From NCBI GenBank assembly GCA_038060895.1, contig JBBTCT010000001.1:473917-537916 (forward strand): a stretch of 64,000 nucleotides of DNA, in the 5' to 3' direction. The position numbers and the translations under genes are program-made. The notes below the pieces were generated by a model that searched no databases, was not told the origin of the DNA, and saw only the letters and a list, made by a program, of their open reading frames with translations. Shown here piece after piece: positions 1 through 9,551 of the stretch. The DNA comes from Planctomycetota bacterium. GTDB taxonomy: Bacteria > Planctomycetota > MHYJ01 > WSZJ01. The first letter of the stretch is position 1. Each line of letters opens with the position of its first letter.

Positions 1-211
1 CCCCCCGCCCCCCCCGATCCCATTCACGCCCTTCCCCATCCCCTGCCGTTCGCCTTTCCGGGAACATCCACCCCTCTTCCATCGTTCTCCTCTCATGCAC
101 TCATACGCGCTCCAGCGCCCCGAAAAACTTGTCCGCCTCCGTCGCCACGCCCTATAGTCCGCGCTCTTCAGGGGACCGTTCCAGCCATCCATTTCAGAGG
201 GAGTCCAAGCC

Positions 212-1330
212 ATGCGCTTCACGTCCGCACTGCTGTCCCTGGCCCTCGCCGCCACAGCCTTTGCCGGCGACACCGTCAAGATCGGCGTCGCGGGACCGAT
301 GACCGGCGACCAGAAAGAAACCGGGGAACAGCTCAAGAACGGCGCCGAGCTCGCGGCCGATCACATCAACAAGGCCGGCGGCGTGCAGGGCAAGAAGATC
401 GAGCTGGTGTTCGGCGACGACGAAGCCAAGCCGCCGCAGGCGAAGGTCGTCGCGGAGAAGTTCGCCAATGACCCCGAAGTCATGCTCGTCGTGGGGCACT
501 TCAATTCGAGCTGCACCCTCGCCGGCCAGACGACGTACGACCGGGTCGGCCTCGTCGAATTCAGCCCGGCCTCGACGAACCCCACCGTCTGCGAGAAGTC
601 GCGGTGGACCTTCCGCAACCTGTACCGCGACGACTTCCAGGGGCAGCTCCTCGCGCGGGTGGCAAAGGAGATCCTGGGCGCGAAAAAAGTCTGCGTGTTC
701 TTCGACAACGACGATTACGGCACGGGCCTCAAGGATTCGTTCGTCGGAAAGGCGAAGGAGATCGGGCTTGAGGTCGCGCAGATCGAAGCGTACACGCGCG
801 ACACCGCCGACTTCAGCGCGACGCTCGACGCCTTCAACGCGAAGAAGCCCGACGCCATTTTCATCAGCGGCATCTACAACTCGGCGGCGGCCATCGTGCG
901 GCAGGCGCGGTCAAAGGGAATGAAGGCGCTGTTCCTGGGCGGAGACGGCCTCAAGGACGATGCGCTCATCAAGAACGCGGCCGACGCGGCCGAGGGCCTC
1001 GTCCTGACGAGCCCGTTTTCGATCGAGGCCACGAGCGCAAAAGCCGTGGCATTCCGCAAGGCGTACAACGACAAGTTCGGACGCGACCCCGGCACCTGGG
1101 CGGCGCAGGTCTACGACGCCGTGATGCAGGGAGCGGAAGCGATCAGGAAAGGCGGGCTGGACCGGAAGAAGATCCTCGAAGCGATGGAATCCATGAACAC
1201 GAAGGAAACGGGATACGACGGCGTGACCGGCGTGACCTGGTTCGACAAGAACGGCGACTGCGAGAAGCCGGCGTTCGTGGAGGTCGTCAAGGACGGCGAG
1301 TTCGTGCCGCACGAGAAACAGCTGAAGTGA
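212..1330 (+). CDS. livK: Branched-chain amino acid ABC transporter substrate-binding protein
   Basis: Signal peptide; VKIGVAGPMTG, DDEAKP, VVGHFNSS and PASTNP motifs of LivJ/LivK; first gene of a liv cluster; SD GAGGGAG upstream. Confidence 0.93.
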   Translation: MRFTSALLSLALAATAFAGDTVKIGVAGPMTGDQKETGEQLKNGAELAADHINKAGGVQGKKIELVFGDDEAKPPQAKVVAEKFANDPEVMLVVGHFNSSCTLAGQTTYDRVGLVEFSPASTNPTVCEKSRWTFRNLYRDDFQGQLLARVAKEILGAKKVCVFFDNDDYGTGLKDSFVGKAKEIGLEVAQIEAYTRDTADFSATLDAFNAKKPDAIFISGIYNSAAAIVRQARSKGMKALFLGGDGLKDDALIKNAADAAEGLVLTSPFSIEATSAKAVAFRKAYNDKFGRDPGTWAAQVYDAVMQGAEAIRKGGLDRKKILEAMESMNTKETGYDGVTGVTWFDKNGDCEKPAFVEVVKDGEFVPHEKQLK

Positions 1331-1382
1331 GGCGGGCGAAGGTGCGGAAGGCAGGCAGAGGCTGGCGAAGGCTTCGATGAAC

Positions 1383-1415
1383 AACGGCCGCGGGAAACCG
1401 CGGCCGTTTTGTTTT
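1383..1415 (+). terminator. Rho-independent terminator/attenuator between livK and livH
   Basis: 11-bp stem AACGGCCGCGG-GAAA-CCGCGGCCGTT followed by TTGTTTT. Confidence 0.8.
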
Positions 1416-1482
1416 CGCCTGGAAGGAGGCGCCTGTCGCCAGCAATTGCAAGTTGCTATCGCTTCCGTGAGAATCCGCGCAG

Positions 1483-2787
1483 ATGCACTGGTCCGAGATC
1501 GCGCCGCAGCTCGTCAATGCCCTCTCGCTGGGTGGCATCTACGCCCTCATCGCCGTTGGCTACACGATGGTCTACGGCATCCTCAAGCTCATCAATTTCG
1601 CGCACGGTGAAATCTTCATGTGCGGCGCCTTCGTGGGCGTCATCGCCCTGTCCTCGGGCTGGTCCCTCATCCCCTCCATGGCCTGCGCCTGCGCCTGCTG
1701 CGCCGTCCTCGGCGTCACCATCGACCGCGTCGCCTACCAGCCCCTCCGCTCGGCGCCAAAACTCGCCCCGCTCATCACCGCCCTCGGCATGTCCATCTTC
1801 CTCCAGAACCTCGCGATGATGACCTGGGGAAGCGGCGTCCGCCCGTTCCCGAAACTCTCGCCGACCTACGAGATGACGCTGAAGAAGGCGCCGGACAACA
1901 AGGCGGCACTGCTGGACGAGCTGGCCTCGAAGCTCGAGAAGGTTCGCGATGGGAAATTCGATGAGGCCATGAAGGGGGTGTTCCTGGGGGGGTACCGGGT
2001 TGCGAAGGGGCACCTGGACGAAGAAAGGAAGCGTGACCCGAAGTCGAAGGAAATCGGCGGGCTGGAGAAGAGGGTTGCGGAGGAGCTCGACCGGATCCCA
2101 CGGGTCACGTCGATCGAGCGGAGACCGGACGGGTTGCTCGTGGCGTTCCGGAATGGGTCGGGGGATGCGCTTCTGACCCTGAACACACTTCGCAAGCAGG
2201 TCCAGCTGGACCTGGGAATCGCGCGGACCTCCGTGGAATGGAAGGTGGAGCCGCGCGAGAACGCGATCGACCGGAGCTTCAGCCTGTTCGGCGTCGAGGT
2301 GCAGTGGAAGCAGCCGCTGACATGGGTTGTGACGCTGACGCTCATGCTGGCGCTGGAATTCATGGTGAGGAAGACACGCGTCGGGCGGGCGATGCGCGCC
2401 GTGTCGCTCGACCAGAACACTGCGGCGCTCATGGGCGTGTCGGTGAACAACATCATCCGCATGACCTTCGCGATCGGGTCGGCGATGGCGGCGGTCGGCG
2501 GCGTCCTGTACGCGCTTCACCTCGGCGGCGGCGTCGTCTTCACGATGGGAACACAGGTCGGGATCATCGCGTTCTCGGCCGCCGTTCTCGGCGGCATCGG
2601 GAACATCCGCGGCGCGGCGCTGGGCGGGCTCGTGATCGGCGTGATCACGCAGCTCGCGACCTGGAAGCTGGGCGAGTGGGGCATCGGCGGGGTCTACGGC
2701 CCCGCGGTGGCCTTCCTCGTTCTCATCGGCGTCATCCTGGTCCGCCCAACCGGCCTCCTCGGCTCGTCTTCCGTGGAGCGCGCATGA
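1483..2787 (+). CDS. livH: Branched-chain amino acid ABC permease LivH with ~135-aa soluble insertion
   Basis: GGIYALIAVGYTMVYGILKLINFAHGE, GRAMRAVS and AAVLGGIG motifs; 434 aa versus ~300 aa typical. Confidence 0.92.
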   Translation: MHWSEIAPQLVNALSLGGIYALIAVGYTMVYGILKLINFAHGEIFMCGAFVGVIALSSGWSLIPSMACACACCAVLGVTIDRVAYQPLRSAPKLAPLITALGMSIFLQNLAMMTWGSGVRPFPKLSPTYEMTLKKAPDNKAALLDELASKLEKVRDGKFDEAMKGVFLGGYRVAKGHLDEERKRDPKSKEIGGLEKRVAEELDRIPRVTSIERRPDGLLVAFRNGSGDALLTLNTLRKQVQLDLGIARTSVEWKVEPRENAIDRSFSLFGVEVQWKQPLTWVVTLTLMLALEFMVRKTRVGRAMRAVSLDQNTAALMGVSVNNIIRMTFAIGSAMAAVGGVLYALHLGGGVVFTMGTQVGIIAFSAAVLGGIGNIRGAALGGLVIGVITQLATWKLGEWGIGGVYGPAVAFLVLIGVILVRPTGLLGSSSVERA

Positions 2788-4307
2788 AAAAGTGGCGCGA
2801 GTGGATTCCGCTCCTGGTGCTCCTCGGCATCGCGCTCCTGCTCCCTCTTCTGCCCTTCTCCGAACCCGTCCACAAGCGGCTCGTCTCGGTCAGCGGCATC
2901 GTCTTCCTCTACATGATCTTCGCGCTGGGCCTCAACGTCGTTCCGGGATGGACGGGGCTCCTCGACCTCGGCTACGTCGCCTTCGTCGCGATCGGGGCGT
3001 ACACGTTCGCGATCCTGTACCGGCAACCCTGGATGCAATGGGAAGGAGCCTGGCTCGTCTGCCTCGTCGCGGCCGCCCTGCACGCTGCGCTCTGGGGCAC
3101 CATACGGATGAGCTACGTCCTCTTCCTCGCCTTCGGCTTCGCGTGCTTCTGGTTCCTCTTCACCCGGACCTGGATGCACTTCCCCGGCGGCACGTTTCTC
3201 GCCCTGGTTCTTTCAACCTCGATGACGGGCGCCGGCGTCTACCTCTTCCGCCGCGTGCTCACGACTCACCTGATCGGCGACTACTACGCCATCGTCACGT
3301 TTGCGTTCGCGCAGGTCCTCCTGATCTTCATCCAGAACGCCACTCCCGTGACCAACGCCGCGCGCGGCTACACCGATTACCCCGGCGTCCGCGTCGGCGG
3401 CCACGCAACCGGCGTCGGCGTCCTGCCACCCGGCAGTTCCGTCGATCTCGCGGGCGAAGTCCTCCGCTTCCCGGTCGGTGCGAGGCTCATCTTTCCGAGA
3501 AGCGGCGAAACCTGGGCGCCGCAGCTCGGCGTGCCGACGGAGGTCGCGGCGGACGTGAAGGTGTGGGAGGAAGGAACGCTGAAGTGGCGGAACCTGACCT
3601 CGGGGACGAAGGTCACGGTGCCGGGGCCGGGGTACAAGTACACGCCTCCCGGGAAGCTGGTGGACCCGAGCTCTCGGAGCTTCTATTACCTGCTCCTCTT
3701 CTTTGTCGTCGCCTGCGTGGTGGGGATGGCGCGGCTTCACGATTCGCGCGTCGGCCGCGCGTGGCTGGCGATGAAGGCCGACGAGATCAGCGCCAAGGCG
3801 AACGGCATCTCGATCTGGAAGTACCGGATGCTGGCTTTCGCGGTGAGCGGCTTCGTCGGCGGGCTCGGCGGCGCGCTGCAAGCGCTTCGGATCGAGATCG
3901 TCACACCGGGGAGCTACGACTTCTGGGTCTCCGTGCTCATCCTCGCCTGCATCGTCCTTGGCGGCCTAGGCTCGATCCGAGGCGTCATCGTCGGGACCGC
4001 CGCGCTCGTGTCGCTCGGCGAAATTCTGCGCGAGGGAATCGAGCTCAGCCCCGGCCTCTCGGGCTTCTTCCAGAACAACCTCCGCTGGCTCGAGAGCATC
4101 GCGTGGCAGGCCGCGGGCGACCAGGCCATGCTCAAAGTCCCCGACCAGGCCCGCTACCTCGTCTTCGGCGCCATCCTCGTCCTCGTCATGATCTTCCGCC
4201 CGCAGGGCCTGCTCCCTCCCAAGGGTGAGCGCGAGCCCTTCACTGAAGAAGAACGCGAGAAACTCCGGAACTCCCCTACGGCACTCTTCCGGATGGGGAA
4301 TCCATGA
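2784..4307 (+). CDS. livM: Branched-chain amino acid ABC permease LivM with insertions
   Basis: ALGLNVVPGWTGLLDLGYVAF, GDYYAIVT, SRVGRAW, VLGGLGS and FRPQGL motifs; ATG 2784 overlaps the livH stop (ATGA), so the ORF-track start at 2238 is not used. Confidence 0.9.
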   Translation: MKKWREWIPLLVLLGIALLLPLLPFSEPVHKRLVSVSGIVFLYMIFALGLNVVPGWTGLLDLGYVAFVAIGAYTFAILYRQPWMQWEGAWLVCLVAAALHAALWGTIRMSYVLFLAFGFACFWFLFTRTWMHFPGGTFLALVLSTSMTGAGVYLFRRVLTTHLIGDYYAIVTFAFAQVLLIFIQNATPVTNAARGYTDYPGVRVGGHATGVGVLPPGSSVDLAGEVLRFPVGARLIFPRSGETWAPQLGVPTEVAADVKVWEEGTLKWRNLTSGTKVTVPGPGYKYTPPGKLVDPSSRSFYYLLLFFVVACVVGMARLHDSRVGRAWLAMKADEISAKANGISIWKYRMLAFAVSGFVGGLGGALQALRIEIVTPGSYDFWVSVLILACIVLGGLGSIRGVIVGTAALVSLGEILREGIELSPGLSGFFQNNLRWLESIAWQAAGDQAMLKVPDQARYLVFGAILVLVMIFRPQGLLPPKGEREPFTEEEREKLRNSPTALFRMGNP

Positions 4308-5218
4308 GCTCCCCCACGAAGTACAAGCCGCAGCTCCACTTCGAGACCCTCAAGGGCCCGACGCCGATCCTGCGCCTCGAAAGCGTCGCCAAGAATTTCG
4401 GCGGCGTGTCGGCGGTGAAGCCGATCGACGCGGTGATTGCCGAAGGGGAAATCACGGCGCTCATCGGTCCCAACGGCGCAGGCAAGACGACGCTCTTCAA
4501 CATGATCAGCGGCCTGATTCCGCCGACGCTGGGGCGGGTGATCTACTACGCAAAGACGGGGCCCGAGAATCTGTCGAAGCTGGGGACGCACGAAATCTGC
4601 GGGCTGGGGTTGGCGCGGACGTTCCAGAACATTCGCTTGTTCGGGGACTTGCCGGCGCTGGACAACGTGAAGGTCGGGTGCCATTCGCGCACGAGGGCGG
4701 GGCTGGGCGGGGCGGTGCTGCCGCTGAAGTCTTCGAAGACGGAAGAAGCGGAGATCGTGGCGGCGGCGTACCAGTACCTGGCGTTCGTGGGGCTGTCGGA
4801 CCGCGCGCACGAGACGGCGTCGAGCCTGTCGTACGGGGAACAGCGGCTGCTCGAGATTGCGCGGGCGCTGGCGAGCCAGCCGCGGCTGCTGCTGCTGGAC
4901 GAGCCGGCGGCGGGGATGAACCCGAAGGAAAAAGCCGAGCTCGTCGCGCTGATCCGGCGGATCAGGGAGACGGGGATCACGGTCTTCCTGATCGAGCATC
5001 ACATGAGGCTGGTGATGGAGATCAGCGACCGGATTCTCGTGCTCGATCACGGCGAAAAGATCGCGGACGGGGCGCCGGCGGCGGTGAGGGCGGATCCCAA
5101 GGTGATCGAGGCGTACCTTGGGAGTGAAGCGGTGCATGAGGGGGAGGGTGGAGCTGAGAGGCCGAAGACGGAGGGTCAGGGAGTGGCGGGCGACGTGGAC
5201 GAGGCGCTGCCTGGGTAG
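4304..5218 (+). CDS. livG: ABC ATP-binding protein LivG
   Basis: GPNGAGKTT, ARTFQNIRLF, LSYGEQR, LLLLDEPAAG and VIEAYLG motifs. Confidence 0.93.
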   Translation: MSSPTKYKPQLHFETLKGPTPILRLESVAKNFGGVSAVKPIDAVIAEGEITALIGPNGAGKTTLFNMISGLIPPTLGRVIYYAKTGPENLSKLGTHEICGLGLARTFQNIRLFGDLPALDNVKVGCHSRTRAGLGGAVLPLKSSKTEEAEIVAAAYQYLAFVGLSDRAHETASSLSYGEQRLLEIARALASQPRLLLLDEPAAGMNPKEKAELVALIRRIRETGITVFLIEHHMRLVMEISDRILVLDHGEKIADGAPAAVRADPKVIEAYLGSEAVHEGEGGAERPKTEGQGVAGDVDEALPG

Positions 5219-5230
5219 CCCGGAACAGCC

Positions 5231-5352
5231 AACTACAACTCACAAGTTTCAAGCAAACGACCAACTACAAGACGGCAAACTTCCGAGCTTTTGATGGGTC
5301 GGTGGTTGCCGTTTGAAGTTGACCTTTTGCTTGAGAGTTGAAGGTTGAAGTT
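5231..5352. repeat. Palindromic intergenic element built from CAACTW-like short units (copy 1)
   Basis: ~47-bp imperfect inverted arms (AACTACAACT...TCAAGCAAAC..CAACTACAA.ACGGCAA / TTGCCGTTTGAAGTTG..TTGCTTGAGAGTTGAAGGTTGAAGTT); homologous to 13675-13827. Confidence 0.8.
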
Positions 5353-5376
5353 CGCCGTTTTCCCCAAAGGGTCTCC

Positions 5377-6081
5377 ATGCTGAAGTTGAACGGCGTGACG
5401 GCTGGGTACGGCCGCCTCGAGGTCCTCCACGGCATCACCCTGGAGGTCGCCGAGGGGGAGATCGTCACGCTCATCGGCGCCAACGGCGCCGGGAAGACGA
5501 CGACCCTCAACGCCATCTGCTCCCTTGTCCGCGTTCGTGACGGCTCGATCGAGCTCGCCGGCAAGGACATCACCCGCGCCCCCACAAACATGATCGTCAA
5601 GGCCGGCGTCGCCCAAGTCCCCGAAGGCCGCAAGCTCTTCTCCGAACTCACCGTTCACGAAAACCTCGAGATGGGCGCCTATCTTCGCAAGGACAAGGAC
5701 GGCGTCCTCGCCGACCTGAAAAAGGTCTTCGGGCTCTTCCCCATCCTCGAAGAACGCCAGTGGCAGGCCGCAGGCTCGCTCTCCGGCGGCGAACAGCAGA
5801 TGTGCGCCATCGGCCGCGCACTCATGGCAAAACCGAAACTACTCCTGCTCGACGAGCCTTCCCTCGGCCTTGCCCCCCTCATCTGCCGCCAGATCTTCGA
5901 CGTCATCCGCGAACTCAACCGCCAGGGCACCACGATCCTCCTCGTCGAGCAGAATGCCCACGCCGCGCTTCGCCTTGCTCACCGCGCGTACGTCATGGAA
6001 ACCGGTACCATCAAGCTGTCGGGGAAGGCCGAGGACCTGCTCAAGGACGAAAAAGTGAAGAGCGCCTATCTCGGGGAATAA
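5377..6081 (+). CDS. livF: ABC ATP-binding protein LivF
   Basis: GANGAGKTT, QVPEGR, LSGGEQQM, LDEPSLGLAP and VEQNA motifs; start placed at ATG 5377. Confidence 0.94.
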   Translation: MLKLNGVTAGYGRLEVLHGITLEVAEGEIVTLIGANGAGKTTTLNAICSLVRVRDGSIELAGKDITRAPTNMIVKAGVAQVPEGRKLFSELTVHENLEMGAYLRKDKDGVLADLKKVFGLFPILEERQWQAAGSLSGGEQQMCAIGRALMAKPKLLLLDEPSLGLAPLICRQIFDVIRELNRQGTTILLVEQNAHAALRLAHRAYVMETGTIKLSGKAEDLLKDEKVKSAYLGE

Positions 6082-6139
6082 CGCGAATCCGCTCGCACGC
6101 CCGGAACGTAGATAGCGCGGAGACAGAAAGGAGACTGCC

Positions 6140-6673
6140 ATGAAATTGATGCTCGTGGGACTCGTCCTCGCCGGCGCGCTGATCGCGCTTTCGGCGTGCT
6201 CGGGCGGGTCGTCCGGCGATCCGAAGGAAAACGGTGCGAAGAAGGAGCCGGCCGCGGAGAAAACGGATGCCGCCGCAGTCCTTCCGAAAACCGAAGCCGA
6301 ATGGAAGCAGAAGCTTACGGAGCAGCAGTACTACGTCCTGCGCGAGCACGGCACCGAACGCGCTGGAACCGGCGAGTACGCCAATCACCACGAAGCCGGG
6401 ATCTACCGCTGCGCCGGCTGCGATGAGGCGCTCTTCAAGTCGACCGACAAGTTCGACTCCGGCACCGGCTGGCCGAGCTTCACGCAGCCCCTCAAGGACG
6501 GCGTCATCGCCTCGGAAGAAGACCAGAGCCACGGGATGGTGCGCTCCGAGGTGCACTGCGCCCGCTGCGGCGGGCACATGGGGCACGTCTTCACCGACGG
6601 GCCGAAGCCGACGGGACTGCGGTACTGCATCAATTCGGTGTCGCTGAAATTCGAGGCTTCCGGAAAAGAGTGA
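6140..6673 (+). CDS. msrB: Peptide-methionine (R)-S-oxide reductase MsrB, lipoprotein
   Basis: [26 protein letters not shown] and RYCINS motifs; N-terminal lipobox LSAC. Confidence 0.95.
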   Translation: MKLMLVGLVLAGALIALSACSGGSSGDPKENGAKKEPAAEKTDAAAVLPKTEAEWKQKLTEQQYYVLREHGTERAGTGEYANHHEAGIYRCAGCDEALFKSTDKFDSGTGWPSFTQPLKDGVIASEEDQSHGMVRSEVHCARCGGHMGHVFTDGPKPTGLRYCINSVSLKFEASGKE

Positions 6674-6697
6674 ACTTCCCCGCGGCGCGGGCGCTCC

Positions 6698-7303
6698 ATG
6701 AGCATGACCCGCGCCGCGATTCTTCTCCTGGCACTTCCCTTTTCCGGCTGCGCCACCGTCGTCATCCCCCCGGCCCACCTCGCGCACCCCTCGCCGGTCT
6801 TCATCGCTGACTACGGCCGCCACTCCAGCCTGGTCCTTTCGCGGGGCGAGGGTCGCCTGGTCGAGTACTCCTACGGGCAGTTCGCGTGGTACGCGCTCGA
6901 GAGAGACGAGTGGTGGCGCGTGCCGGCACTCCTGTTCGTCCCCCAGCAGGGCGGGCTCGGGAGAGAGGAGTGGGATGCTCCTGCAACGGCGTGGGGCGTG
7001 AAGCGGCGCCGGTGGCTCGAGGAACTTCTGCGCGTGGAAGTGGAGCGGGATGAGGTTGAGGCGTTGCTCGCACGGCTGGATGCACGCTTCGAGGCAGGTC
7101 GCGAGACCTCGTTCCGCAACAATAACTACGGCTTCGACTTCGTGTACGACGATGACCTCTACTGGGTGGGGCACTCGTGCAATGCCGCGGTCGCCGAGTG
7201 GCTGGAAGAACTGGGCTGTGAAGTTCCCAGCGTGGCCATTTCTGCCAACTACGAGGTCCGCCCTTCCCCATCCCCCCCTGAACCCCCACTAACCCGCCCT
7301 TGA
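6698..7303 (+). CDS. DUF2459-like lipoprotein
   Basis: Lipobox FSGC; HSSLV, YSYG and YWVGHSCN..VAEWL resemble the His/Cys motifs of DUF2459. Confidence 0.55.
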   Translation: MSMTRAAILLLALPFSGCATVVIPPAHLAHPSPVFIADYGRHSSLVLSRGEGRLVEYSYGQFAWYALERDEWWRVPALLFVPQQGGLGREEWDAPATAWGVKRRRWLEELLRVEVERDEVEALLARLDARFEAGRETSFRNNNYGFDFVYDDDLYWVGHSCNAAVAEWLEELGCEVPSVAISANYEVRPSPSPPEPPLTRP

Positions 7304-7334
7304 CGCATCGCCCGCGCCGCATTTCGCTGGGCCC

Positions 7335-8432
7335 GTGCAGCTCCTCTTCATCACCGGAACTCCCGCCACCGTCCGCGAAGGAAGCGGGACCTGGACCGGA
7401 ATCAGCACGCTCGCCTCGGCGCTGCGCAATCTCGGCCACAAGGTCGCCTTGCGCACCCTCGAGCCCGGTCCCGGCGACTACCCGGCGCGCCGCACCGCCT
7501 TCAACGCTTCACTCCATTCCCTCGACCTCTCCCCCTTCGACGCCGTCGTCGGCTTCGACATGGACGGCCATGCGCTCGCGGGCCGCGGCGGCCCCCCGCA
7601 CATCGCGTCGATCAAGGGAGTGATTGCCGACGAGGCGTTGTTCGAGGAAGCGGGGACCCGGGCGTGGATGGAGGCCCAGGCGGCGCTCGAGGCCGTGCAT
7701 TGCCGGCGCGCGGACCTGGTGGTGACCACGAGCGCGTATTCGGCGAAGCGGCTGAAGGAGCTGTACGCACTCGAACGCGCCCCGGTGATCGTGCCGGAGC
7801 CGATCGACCTGGCGCGATGGAGCGAGCGGCTGTCGGCCGCGCCCGGCGAAAAGCGGCCGGGCTTCACGGTGCTGTGCGTCTGCCGGCTGTACCGGCGAAA
7901 GCGGGTGGAGGTGCTGCTGAAGGCGGCGGCGCTGCTGAAGGGCCGGATCGCAGGGCTCCGGGTTCGCGTGGTCGGCGACGGCCCGGAGCAGGGCCGGCTT
8001 CGCGAGTTGCACGCCTCGCTCAAGCTCGACGGAACGGTCGACTGGCTCGGGTATGTGCCCCCCGAAGAGCTGGCAGCGGAGTACCGCAGCTGCAACGTAT
8101 TCTGCCTCCCGTCCGTGCAGGAGGGATTCGGGATCGTCCTGCTGGAAGCGATGGCCGCGGGGGCGCCGATCGTCGCCTCGCGTGCTGCGGCGATTCCCGA
8201 GGTGGCGATGGGCGCGCGCCTCGTGAAGCCGGATGACGAGCGGTCGCTCGCGGATGCGCTTCACCATCTCTCCAGCAAGCCGGAGATCCTCCGCCAGTTC
8301 GGGGAGGTCGGGCGGGCAGGCGTCGCAAAGTACGACGCGCCGGGCGTCGCTTCACAGTTCCTGGAAGCGATCGAACCGGTTTTTCTCGCCTCGTCGTCAA
8401 TTCCTCACCGTCCGCGGGCAATGCCGACATAA
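7335..8432 (+). CDS. Glycosyltransferase family 4 (GT-B)
   Basis: RLYRRK, VVGDGP and PSVQEGFGIVLLEAMAAGAPIVAS (EX7E motif). Confidence 0.9.
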   Translation: MQLLFITGTPATVREGSGTWTGISTLASALRNLGHKVALRTLEPGPGDYPARRTAFNASLHSLDLSPFDAVVGFDMDGHALAGRGGPPHIASIKGVIADEALFEEAGTRAWMEAQAALEAVHCRRADLVVTTSAYSAKRLKELYALERAPVIVPEPIDLARWSERLSAAPGEKRPGFTVLCVCRLYRRKRVEVLLKAAALLKGRIAGLRVRVVGDGPEQGRLRELHASLKLDGTVDWLGYVPPEELAAEYRSCNVFCLPSVQEGFGIVLLEAMAAGAPIVASRAAAIPEVAMGARLVKPDDERSLADALHHLSSKPEILRQFGEVGRAGVAKYDAPGVASQFLEAIEPVFLASSSIPHRPRAMPT

Positions 8433-8440
8433 TCTGGCGC

Positions 8441-9391
8441 ATGGCCTGGGTGGCAGGGATCGACGAGGTCGGGTACGGGCCGATGCTGGGGCCGCTGGTG
8501 GTGACGGCGGCGCTCTTCGAAGTGCCGTCGGCCGACTCGTGCCTGTGGGATCTGCTGTCGCCGGCGGTGTCGCGGAAACCGGGAGGCAACCGGGTCTCCG
8601 TCTGCGACTCGAAGGAGCTGCACAAGCCGGGGGACCCGGCGCTGATCGAGCGGACGGCCGTGGCTTTCTGGAGGGCGCGCGACGGCGCGACGGAGGCGTC
8701 GTTCCTCGAGTTCGTCGCGGCGCACGCGTTCGGCGCCGACGCTCTCGACGGCTACCCGTGGTACCGCCCACTCGCGCTCGGGCTTCCCTTCGCCAGCGAC
8801 GCCCGCCCGATGGCAGGCCATGCGGCGTCCGTACGAAAAGCGCTCGACAAGGCCAAGGCCCGCTTCGCCGGCATCCGCTCCTCGCTCGCCGACGCGCGCG
8901 AGTTCAACGCCGGGGTCGAGAAGTCCGGGAACAAGTCCGATTATCTCTTCGAGATTTCCGGCCGCCTCTACCGCTGGCTCTGGGAAACGACGGCGGGCCC
9001 GGAGCGCATCGACGTGTTCGTCGGCAAGCAGGGAGGGCGGGCGTTTTACGCGGACAAGCTGCAGGCGCTGTTCCCGGACGCGTTCGTGATGATTGCAGAA
9101 GAGTCGCGGGAGATCAGCACGTACATGATTGAAGGGAAGAAGCGGCGGATGCGGATGTCGTTCGTAGCGGATGCGGAGATGAAGCACTTTCCGGTGGCGC
9201 TGGCGTCGATCGTGGCGAAGTACACGCGGGAAGGGCTGATGGAGGCGTTCAACCGGTGGTGGGGAGAGCGAGTGCCGGGGTTGAAGCCGACGGCGGGGTA
9301 TCACGGGGACGCGGGGAGGTTTTTGAAGGAGACGGAAGACGCGCGGAGGGAGTTGGGCATCGAAGAGGGGATGCTGGTGCGGTCGAGGTAG
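8441..9391 (+). CDS. Ribonuclease HII-like protein (divergent)
   Basis: AGIDEVGYGPMLGPLVV, DSK, VALASIVAKYTRE and GY motifs; CATAAT 7 nt before the ATG. Confidence 0.8.
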   Translation: MAWVAGIDEVGYGPMLGPLVVTAALFEVPSADSCLWDLLSPAVSRKPGGNRVSVCDSKELHKPGDPALIERTAVAFWRARDGATEASFLEFVAAHAFGADALDGYPWYRPLALGLPFASDARPMAGHAASVRKALDKAKARFAGIRSSLADAREFNAGVEKSGNKSDYLFEISGRLYRWLWETTAGPERIDVFVGKQGGRAFYADKLQALFPDAFVMIAEESREISTYMIEGKKRRMRMSFVADAEMKHFPVALASIVAKYTREGLMEAFNRWWGERVPGLKPTAGYHGDAGRFLKETEDARRELGIEEGMLVRSR

Positions 9392-9411
9392 GCGCGAAAG
9401 GACTAATGATT

Positions 9412-9508
9412 AATATCGAATATCTAATACATAATAGCCAATGTGACTTAATTGCCGGCACGACTTCCGCGCCGTTCATTGGATATTTGATATTGGATAT
9501 TCGATATT
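9412..9508. repeat. AT-rich heptamer tandem repeats arranged as an inverted repeat
   Basis: Left arm AATATCG AATATCT AATACAT AATAGCC AATG; right arm CATT GGATATT TGATATT GGATATT CGATATT, its near reverse complement. Confidence 0.8.
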
Positions 9509-9551
9509 CAAAATTGTCGTCTCCTGCCGTCCCCCCTCGAGGTTTCTCCCC

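Noticed and set aside
1-120. C-rich low-complexity start of the window as a repeat element
   Set aside because: No clear unit, and it is truncated by the window edge.
2238-2783. 689-aa LivM starting at 2238
   Set aside because: It overlaps livH out of frame with Arg-rich junk sequence. The coupled ATG at 2784 is preferred.
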